64,000 bases of DNA from Gnetum montanum. Lineage: Eukaryota; Plantae; Gnetophyta. The notes beneath the pieces are model-generated. The model was not told the DNA's origin and ran no database searches. It saw only the letters and a program-made list of their open reading frames with translations. How positions within the stretch are numbered: position 1 is the stretch's first letter; every line of letters starts with the position of its first letter. The translations under genes were made by a program, and so were the position numbers. The DNA is taken from the NCBI GenBank assembly GCA_015680685.1, contig MNCI01000556.1, positions 1,065,931 through 1,129,930 on the forward strand. The letters run 5' to 3'. Shown piece after piece: positions 48,448 to 58,612 of the stretch.

Positions 48448-51400
48448 ATGAACACTGCAAACTCCAACAAAACAACCACTCATGCCATAGACCTTGTAAG
48501 CACCATGGCCATTCAACAGCCTATGGTACAACCCACAGTGAGGCCTCACCAGTCTCTTAGCTTGCAGGGGAGGAACCCATCATCTAACATCATAACTCAA
48601 GACCAATACAACTTCATATGCGTTATAATACAAACCGGCCTAGCCGTGGACCGAGCCGAAATGGAAGTTAAGAGGCAATATGAAATTTTCTATAGGGGCG
48701 GACAAGAGTTCATCCCTTCCCCGTACGACATCATCCCTCTTCCAGAGCCTTACTCTGAGCTCATCACACAACTCCTCCTGCAAAGGAGCTAGTCACTAGA
48801 TTAGCATGTAGTAAATCCTCAACCAGAAGAGGAAGATGAGTTCGTTGCCCAATCCGAGCATGAAGATTCCTACCATACGCTTTGTCCACAAACCTATGTC
48901 AACCTGATGTTTCATCCAACCACAGTGGAAATTACGTCCCTTCAACCATTTAGACTCACTCAAGCAAAAATACCTCCACTACAATCATCTGCACTTATTC
49001 ATATTCCTCCTGCAAGAGACCTACAAGTCAATACACTCCCTCTTGATATTCTCCCTGTTGCAACCGTAGGCCCATCCTCGCAAGTACAACCTCCTCAAAA
49101 TAATGTAGGGGCAACCTTTCCGCCTCAAGTGATCAGGATGCCGCATGTGATACCATCTTCTACGTCTGCTCATTATATTCCCTAGATCCAGACTCACAGA
49201 GCCCCTTTCACCGCTGCAACCCAACAAGTTTAGGAGGTTCCTACATAAAACATGGCTGGGCAATGGGCAGAGATTGGTGCTCAATCACATCAACCCCCTC
49301 ACTACAACATACCACCTCACACAATCCCACCGGCTAACATCCCCCAAGGACAATCACAGCAACAACAACCCCTTGCCTACAATGTGTCGCCCCTAGTGCC
49401 ACCCGCTATAAATATCCTGCAAGTACAACCTCCAACTACAGAACCTTCCGCCTTCCAACCCACTATCCAACAATCTAATCTGTACACCGTACAACATCCC
49501 CAACCTTCCATCTTACCTAGCACCCAAGACTAGGCTAACGCTAAAAATCTAATGCAGGAACTAACTGATGAGGTCAAACACCTCAAGACAGCTGCTGACA
49601 GAGAGCTGAAGGTAGTAGATTTTTATCACGACGACCCTATCAGCTCTTCGGTTCCATCCCTAACATTACCCAAGGGTGTATCATTGCCTATGGTAACTAA
49701 ATACAATTGGGAGATAGAACCCAATGATCACCTTATAACATTTAGACTAGAATGCACATTACTCCAGGCATGGCCACATGCCATTTTGCGAGTGTTCCAT
49801 ATGTCCCTCGTGGGGAGAGCACTTGATTGGTACTGGGCTTTGTCAAGAGATTCGATATTTTCTCTAGAGGACTTGTTACATCAATTCATTACTAGGTTCA
49901 AGTATAACTTGAAACCTGAAGCAATACTTGACAGCCTTATATAGGTTAAACAATCACCTCTAGAACTCGTACAAAAATTCATCCAATGGTGGAGTGCTGC
50001 TCTCAATGAGCTCCATGAGCTGATTCCAGAGACGTATCTCCTCACCATTCTAAAGAGGGCTGTTAACGACTTTTTCAAATCCAAGTTATATTATCTCAAT
50101 GCACGTAACCTCAATCAATCCTTTGTACAGATTAAAAACATAGAGGAGGCGGCCGAAAATAGCCACGATCCTACGTATTTAGCCTTTAAGAATCAACATA
50201 GTAACAAAGATAAAGAAAAGACTAAAGAAACTATAGCAGTAGTAACGGAAACTCAACAAACAAATGTGGGACAACAAAGCAAACTACCTGTTGCCCCTAC
50301 TAATTACGCTAAACCCACTCCCGTGACTGCACCAGAATCATCATCATCACAGAACCCAACACCGAATCGTATGAGAAACTTTGAGAGGAAAGAACCCTCC
50401 CAATACATGTCGTTGCCTATGAAGCCATTGCAACTATTCGACCAACTCCTGAAGGCTAGATTAATGAAACATAAATAGTTATCTCCTACTGCTATCCAAA
50501 GACATGATCGGTTCTGTCAACTGGTTCAGAACCCAAGCCTAGCAACGCCAGATGAGCCTCCGGTACCAAAAGGCTTTAGAATGGACTGCTTCTGCAACTA
50601 TCACCAACGTAATGGCCATGGCATGGATTACTGTTTCACTCTAAAATAAGACATCCAATGAATGATCGACAGAGGCCAAATCACTTTTGATGAAGCCAAT
50701 CCCGTCCAACCACAAAACTAGGACATGGGTGTGTATAAAGACCCTCTAAATACCAAAGAGGCATCATACATCATTAACACGATCTACCTTGATAACGAAG
50801 CTGACACACCTAGCATTAACACGGTCTACTCTGACCATGATTAACAAATGCCTAACAAATGATTTGTAGTGCGTATTCCTCCCACTATACAAACATCCAC
50901 GCCTCAATCATCCTACTCCCCTCAGAAGCCTTATGTCATCAGAGTACCTCCTACCGTAGTAGCTTCTAACACCCCAACACACGAAAAACCATACGTGGCG
51001 CGCATACCTCCCGCTGTCACTACCACAAATTCACCAACACCTACTATTCATCCTACTCCCTACATAGTCCAAGTACCACCTGCGGTCACAACAGCAGAGG
51101 TCCAACCGATAGTATGGCCAACTCCATACGTTGTTAGGATACTCGACTGTCCTAGTGATCACCAGTCTTCCACTTCGCAAACACAAAACAAACCTAGTCA
51201 TTATGTCATCAAGGTGCCCAGCCAGCCAGGCACTCAACAACATACAACTGTTCAACCACAACCCCACCCGACTCCATACATAGTACAAATCCCAAAACAA
51301 TTTGAGGCCCCGAAACCAACTACACCCCCACGCCACACACGAGAATGCCTAGAGGATAAGCTTACACGCAAATGCTTGGAGAAGGAGAGTCAACGGCTAA

Positions 51401-52647
51401 CCGTAGGACCTCCTAAACCTACTCCGTTAAACGCAATACCCATGACACCACCTAACAATCAACCAAACACAGGCCATGAGGGTGAATCATCCAGAAAACA
51501 TGATACATCTAAAATAATGATTCTGGGCAAGAACGACAGATCAACAATGCACGAAATAAAACTGTTGGGCCCAATGGACCAAGTCTCTAGTGACAAGCAT
51601 GCGCCTAATAGTAGAGACCTAGCAATAACCCTAACACAAGTCACACAAGCACTCAAAAAAAAAAATACTTTATTAAGTTTATATGACCTAGTGCTGACAT
51701 CTCAAACCCATCGCGAAGCTTTGGTGCACATGTTAACATCTATCCCAGTAACCGAGGACTTGCCTCCAAATGAACTTTCAATCCATGTGGTAATGTACTT
51801 GCCACAAGGGTCAACTTTGAAGCCATTAATTTTTCACAACGATAACATCAAGTTGGATGAGAAAATGGGAGGGGTAACAATAGCCCCTATGTTCATAACA
51901 ATATGGGGAAACCAATTCAAGATACATAGGGTCCATGTAGATGATGGAGTTGCCAAAAACGTAGTCCCATATCCCATCATCGAACAACTCGGGCTCATAG
52001 AGCTAATCAGATCAACTGCCACCACATGCTTGAAATCATTCAGCGGGTCACGTGTGATAGTCAAAGGCAACGTGACTTTAGACTTCATTGTAGGGGACCA
52101 ATTCCCCACATCCACTGGCTTTGTGGTGATTGATGAAATTCCAGGGTTTAACCTAATCTTGGGAAGGCCCTGGTTAGCCCAAATAAAAGCAATCTCTTCC
52201 CCTATACACCAAGAAATTCACTTGCCTTATGAAGGTGGCGAAATTGTTATACACGGGGAGGCTGCTACACCTATCATCTCATCATACATAGACATAGACC
52301 AAGGCTCAGAGGTTAAGCTCGAAGAGCCTAGACAACATAACATAAATGAACAACAGCAGGTAGGCGATAACCTTTTAGATACAAAGGAAAATCCACCCAA
52401 AACAGAAATACCCGGGCCTGACATTGTACATACGCAGCCTCACTTAGAAACCACAACTGATACAGAAACCATGATACATGCAGAAGCGCAAGAAAACACT
52501 AACACGGGAACAATTCCACCAGACGTCCCTTGGGCTAAATTACCATTCAACGTGATCAGCGAAGGGGACACTGAATATAGAATAATACCCGCTAACGCGT
52601 CGCCTAACGTCAAAATGAGAAAAATCAAAAAATTACTAAATCAATAA
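48448..52647 (+). pseudogene. Family B gag-protease (single frame, ~1400 codons, several in-frame stops)
   Basis: All listed fragments are in the same frame. Retrotransposon gag core (KYNWEIEPNDHL..F...F.MSLVGRALDWY..L...SI.S..DL..QF), CNYHQRNGHGMDYC knuckle, RVHVDDG and LILGRPWL protease motifs. Confidence 0.92.
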
Positions 52648-52659
52648 ACAACACTTGGT

Positions 52660-52915
52660 CCGAAATGACATTAAAATATAACAAGTATGAAATGACATTA
52701 AACTACATTCCAAGTCTGGAATGATGTTAAACTATCATGTCTGCAATGACATAAAACTAGCCACGATCAGAGATGGTCGATCAATCGAGAAATCCACCTG
52801 TGTCATTCGAAATGTCTCTTGCTTACGCTGGGGCCCGAAATGGCCTTAAACTACGCATATGGCCCGGAATGGCCCTAAAATAGTGTGTATGTGGCCCGAA
52901 ATGACCTTAAACTAG
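52660..52915 (+). repeat. TAAACT-motif array on the PR side of the family B cargo
   Basis: gaaatgacattaaactac, cccgaaatggccttaaactac, cccgaaatgaccttaaactag and similar. Confidence 0.75.
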
Positions 52916-53264
52916 ATCATTCACTTATACTTTATTCTTCTCCCACATTCCGGCTCACTGTTCAACTTTACGCTTACATTGTCATCTTGTCCTTTTTCGC
53001 AATTATCCTTCAGTCCTACTTATGATTACATCCGTGCATTACACTTAAAATACAAAAAAAAAATCAAAACATTTTATATCGCCATGTGGTGTTTACAATT
53101 AAACTCAAAATCAACAAAAAAAAGAGAATTTTTATACATGTAATGATGTACAATTACAAGAGTTAACTGGTTTCATCCATCTGCTAACTTGAGATTTTTA
53201 ATCTACAATTCTCATATAAATTTGAGTTAGAAAAACAAAATAAAAAATAAGTAAAAACTAAAAA

Positions 53265-56200
53265 CTAAACATCCGGGATGGGAGGGTCCTCTCCTTTAGA
53301 CCCGCAAGCATCATGGGCCCCTGCTCCACTGGGGCCGGCTTCTTGGACATCATCATCGCCCTGATCTTAAAAATGTAAAAGAAACAATCAACATAAGGAA
53401 AAAAAATAAAAAAAAAAGACAAAACTTTCAAACATTATGTAGCGAACAAATTTCATAATAACAAAATGCTTACCGTAGGGGATCCCCCTAAGCTGAATTC
53501 CAGTTGCCGAAGGATTTCCTCTTCTGAGACACTGGTCCAATTGGTCCCATCAAGGCCTAGGTCAACATTTTCTAAGGCCTTCCCCTTGTCAACAAATAAC
53601 CAGGTAGGATGCTTTAAAGGGAATTCACCCATTGAAACCTCCCCAGAAGTGGTTGTAATCACCCTTGTAGGTGATTCCATCTCAACATTTGTGTTTTGAG
53701 CAAAAGTATTGAACGCAGAGCACAGACCCAAACCCTCCACAAACATTTCAAGTTGACGCTTTTCAATGGATACTTCCTTCAAAGATTTCTTATAGTGATG
53801 CTTGTGGTTATTTTCATCCTAACCCCATTTGCGTACCTTAGAAGCAAAGGCCTTCCAATCTTAACACTTGAGGTTCAATAAATCCACCTGGGCCTTACGC
53901 TCTGCTAGTTTCCGGGTTAGTGACGCATGGTGATTGAGTAGGTTCCAGTATCTAGTATACGTGACCTCAGAAGTCCGCCAAGAGCGATCACCACTTAGTT
54001 GAGTAGAGGCAAACTCATACCGAGCCTTGAGATCATCATGCCTGATTGACAACTCAGAAAATTCCTTCTCGTTTGCTTGAACATGCAACCACAACTGCTC
54101 GATGGAACGCCTACAAGTCCAAAGCGATTTGGCGTTGTGTACAAGACCCTCCGCCATCTCCTCATAAATTGGCCTTGGTACCTGCTTGACTTTTGGGGAT
54201 AGTGTGGGCAAACTCTCTATGCTAACTGTCTCAGAGGGATCCCACCTCAATTTGGCACCTATGCACATGAAAAGAACAAACGCTAAAATGACAAAAATGG
54301 GGTGTGAAACCATAAAGCTAAAAATAACTTGAAACATTTATACCTATCTCAGGGTGGGCTTCTTGAATTTGTTCAACAATCTCCTCAGCGATACTAGCCA
54401 CAAAATCCATTTTACTTAGCATCTCTGTCCAAGTAAATGGTCCACGAGTGCGAGACGGACTAACCTCCGCGGTCCTTTCAGGGGGAACCATTTTCATGGG
54501 CACGTCCAGCCGCATCGTTCTGGTTACACTACCTTCGTTTGGAAGGGATGAAAAAAAAGTAAGACACCATAGAGATAATGGCTCACAAAGTGCCAATGAT
54601 AAAACAAAAGAAAACATACCATGTTCTTTGTCCCCTTCTAGGGTTTCACCTAAGTTCAGTCTTCCCTTAAGGAAGCTGCTGAACATTTCATCGACACCAC
54701 TCTGGTCATCCACCAGTTTAGTCTCTACGGTGTCTTCTCCAAGCTCTTCCATCCCTCCCACCTAATATTTGCCCACATCTTCTTCCTTAGTCATTAACTC
54801 CATGGTAGCCTCCTCCTCTTCAATAATAGTCTCTAAGTCCTGCCTCCTCACTTCTCGAGTCAGGTCTGAAGGCATCAGTGGCACATAAGCAGTTAAAAAA
54901 AATTATGAATAGGACAAAAACGAGAAATCAATAAGTGTACTGAGTTTACTTACCTTGGACAGGAATATTGAACCATATGCACTTCACTCATGGCTCCTCC
55001 ACATTTGAGGCCTCCTCGGTTGAACGTTCACGCTTTGTTAGCTTTGACTTAGCCTTACCGATGGTCTCTTTGATGACCCGTTCTGCTCTCTTAGCAGTAT
55101 AAGCGACATCGTCTGGTTCCAATCCCACACTGTCACATGTGTGGATTGAGATACCAGATGATCCCCCTGTTGTGATAGATATGAATTCATCAATTCCCTT
55201 GTGCGCATCTTGGGACTCGGCTGTTTCAAATAAATGGTTGATCCATGGGTGGGATAATTGACCTCGATCCCGTAGAACATACTTATTTTTTGCATGAACC
55301 ACTAGAAACTCGGCTAAGCAATGAAGATAACTAGAAAAGAATGCAAAGGTAAAGTGAGACTGTGCCTTGACATTTGAGTGCAATCACACTATCTCCTTAT
55401 GAAGGCCTAACAAAAAAAATTGGGCCCAGTAATAACGCATTCTAGTTTCTAGGACAGTTCGCATAATATGCACAGCTTCAACACCAAGACTCCACACCTG
55501 GGAAAGGGATTTAGGGAATCCTCGTGCCCTAAATAGGGGATATAATTCGTTAACTTCTTCAACTTTTGACTTCCCCTGCATAGGGAATCCCTTAGCACCC
55601 TTGGTAACGCCCAACCAGTCCTCTAACTCACGTACTGTATGAAGCTCTTTATGAGCCCTGTCCAAAACTACATTTATACCATCCACCAGTATACCAAAAA
55701 GGTTTGAAAAGAATTCAGGTGACAAATGGAAAACTATCTTAACACCCTTAATCCAAGTGCTATAGTAGGAGACAGATTTGTCGAATGAATCAACAATTCC
55801 GATCATTTCAGCTATAGACACATTAGGGCTAGGAGTTGTAAAGAGCTCCATAAGGCTAGTGTCATTTAAACAACAGATGATGGACAGTGGGGCATGCGTG
55901 CGCAACCATTTCTAAGCCTTACTGATCTCCCTGAACTTCATAGAGAGAGTACTCTCAGTTCGTCCGGTTGTGACAGGGTCTCCGCCGGGAGGGACATCAA
56001 CTGTGGATACAATTCGAAACCATCACATTAGTATAACCATTGACGGTTGAAAAAACATGTTAACACATCTAGAAAATACTATCAATTACCTTCAGTAGTG
56101 GACTTAAAGGTGCTACCCAAGTTAGAGTCACGAGGGAAGACTGGTCCCTTATGCGACCAATCTTCATGCAACCACCCTCGAGCTTTGCATTGTGCGAATG

Positions 56201-57753
56201 CTCTAGAAAACCGTTTGTGAAAATGGATCATATCATCCTTGGTTTGAGCTAATATAGCTCCATGAAGGGTGGGACCTGCCATAAATGTCTCTAGAACCGT
56301 ATGAGCTAGGGCAAGCCCATCATCATCAATGCATGTTCCATCTGGATTAACTTGGGGCCTGCAAAATAACAGTTGTCAAAACAGAAGCAAATAGCAAACG
56401 ACGAAAAGAAATAATAAGCTTAAACGATCTTACATATCCACCCAGTACACTGTGCCAGGAGGGTTCTGGAACAGTGTGTGCGCATGCACAGCTAAAAATA
56501 GAGTGTTGTTGAGTTAATCATGCCCTCGCGGCAATTGGGCCCACATGCACACTAACGGGCGAGTGGACCTGGGCCCGCCAGAGGAACCGTCCTCGGTCAC
56601 AAGCGGCCCCTCATTAATGTATTCCATGAAGACTGCGACACCCTCAGAGGCTCCCGACAACATGGCCTCAAGCACGCTCCGTGCCACTTGTTCACTTAGA
56701 TGTGACCAGACCACCACTTTAAACCTATTCAGAATAAAGGTGAGAAATTCGCACGCCCCTTCCCTGAACCAGACCCCATTGTTGTCAACAGTCAGATCCG
56801 GGGTAGATTCATTAGCCTCAATGGGGCCAAACCACGCTAGTACTCTGACTAGCTCAACCACCAGGAGAAAAGGTTCAGTGTCCCTACAAATAAGCAAAAT
56901 GCCACGGTAAATCAGCCATACATGAAGATGATATGAAAAACAAAATTTCACATTGTAAGCCGACACTTAGGAAAATTACTAACTGTTCATGCTCAGCGTA
57001 TACCCTGCCTAACCCGGCGTATACACTGTCAAAAAACTGTTTACGCTTGGCATATACGCTGCTTAACCCGGTGTATACGCTGTCAAAAAACTGTTTACGC
57101 TCGGCATATACACTACCTAACATGGCGTATACGCTGCTAAACAAACTGTTTACGCTCAGTGCATACGCTGAGAAAATCATCAGCGTATACGCCGTAAAGA
57201 GTCTTCAACGTATACACTATGCAAACAGTTTACGCTGAACGCTGTGCAAACAGTTTACGCTGAACGCTGTGTAAACAGTTTACGTTGAACACTGTGTAAA
57301 CAGTCAGTGTATACGCTGTAAAAAACAGTTAGCGTATACACTGTGAAAATCGTCTATGCTACATACTGATGAAATTTTCTACATTGTATATTGTCAAAGT
57401 CCTCTACACTACACACTAGTCAAAATGACTACGCTAAATGCTCTAGAGACCCTCTACGCTGTGAACCTACAGACCCTCTACGCCGGGCATATACGTCGAA
57501 ACCCTCTAAGCTATTTATCTATGCCGCCATATACGTCGAAACTCTCTATGCCACGAAAACTATCTACGCCAAAATAAAATGTACAGATGAAAATAACTAA
57601 CAAAGGTAGGATTAGAGCCTCCCTATATGATGATCTAGGCCACGATGGAACCCTCGGTCTGGGTAGACACTACAGCGTGGCCTTGCTCTCCTCTACGAAA
57701 GTCAGATCAGGCCCCTTTCTCTCTTGGTCTTCCACCTCCTTGCCCTTACCCAT
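53265..57753 (-). pseudogene. Family B antisense cargo gene, 8 exons, 1082 codons (FCP1/NIF-like HAD pseudophosphatase + PMD-like + acidic + coiled coil)
   Basis: Exons 57753-57602, 56883-56434, 56358-56090, 56000-54954, 54865-54620, 54538-54344, 54258-53474, 53366-53265 total 3246 nt and splice in frame (phases 2,2,1,1,1,1,0) with no frameshift. Two acceptors read AA instead of AG and a few premature stops are present. Confidence 0.9.
56985..57570. repeat. TACGC-motif minisatellite-like array in cargo intron 1 (family B)
   Basis: ~51-bp units (gtatacgctgtcaaaaaactgtttacgct...) and 25-bp units (aaacagtttacgctgaacgctgtgt) in both orientations. Confidence 0.8.
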
Positions 57754-58060
57754 TTCAGCATCCTCTACACTGCGGTTGACAGGTTTATGCTAAGGATTGA
57801 AACTACATGCCAAACTGAATCCTGTACGCTAAGTCTAAACCTTCACGCTTACGCTCAGACTCACACTTGCACCTCTACACTCATGCTGAGCCTCTACGCC
57901 TGAGTTGGAAGTTTACGCTTACATCGGAGTTGGAGGTTTACACTGGGGTTTCCTCGTCTATGCTTATGCTCAGGGTCTACACTTACACTCAGCGTTTACG
58001 CTTACTCTTGATGTCTACGCTCACTTCAAATTCATGATGTTTACAAATGACGCCCCTGCC

Positions 58061-58070
58061 CTATATATAG
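58061..58070 (-). promoter_or_regulatory. TATA box of family B cargo gene (palindromic ctatatatag)
   Basis: On the minus strand reads gctatatatagggcaggggcgtcattt, ~310 nt upstream of the cargo ATG; similar to family A 30916. Confidence 0.65.
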
Positions 58071-58288
58071 CGTTGAGCGTCACCACCGCCGTTGCCGCTA
58101 CCGCCGCCTTGCGGTTTGTTTCTTTTTTCTTTTTTTACTTATTTTAATTAAAATTTGTTCAATATATATATATATATATTTAAAACAATATAAATGCTAC
58201 CACATCCTAATTCCCTTATAAACCAACTTCAGAAGTCCACACTGAACATTTTGGTGCAGTCTCTCTTGTGCAAATTTTACGATAAACA

Positions 58289-58530
58289 CATGGCCCGGTA
58301 TGACCTTAAACTACCATGATGGCCTAGTATGGCCTTAAATTGCCATGACAGCTCGGTATGGCCTTAAACTGCCATGGTGGCCCGATAAGGCCTTAAACTG
58401 CCATGGTGGCCCGGTAAGGCCTTAAACTGCCATGGTGGCCTGGTAAGGCCTTAAACGGCCACCTGCGGATAACATTTGGCCCGGTAAGGCCTTAAACTAC
58501 CATGCATCCCGGTGTGACAATAAACCACCA
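58289..58530 (+). repeat. 29-bp tandem array (tggcccggtaaggccttaaactgccatgg) on the RT side of the family B cargo
   Basis: About 7-8 successive copies visible. Confidence 0.9.
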
Positions 58531-58612
58531 TCATGCACATACACATGATTTAAGTTTCCTGAGAACATCGAACAATACTCGTCACCTCATTCTGCTCTCT
58601 GTTTATTGGCAG

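Noticed and set aside
52357-52365. CAG|GTAGGC as the donor joining PR to RT
   Set aside because: Phase 0 is incompatible with the phase-1 acceptor, and A/B peptide similarity (WAKLPF/WAELPF) continues downstream of it.
58289-58530. CRISPR-like array
   Set aside because: Units are contiguous tandem copies without unique spacers, in a eukaryotic retroelement with no cas genes.
52648-58612. Cargo cassette as an independent nested transposon (CACTA, MULE or Helitron)
   Set aside because: No TIRs, TSD or transposase motifs seen; it sits at the same position in two diverged families and carries host-element-specific motifs.
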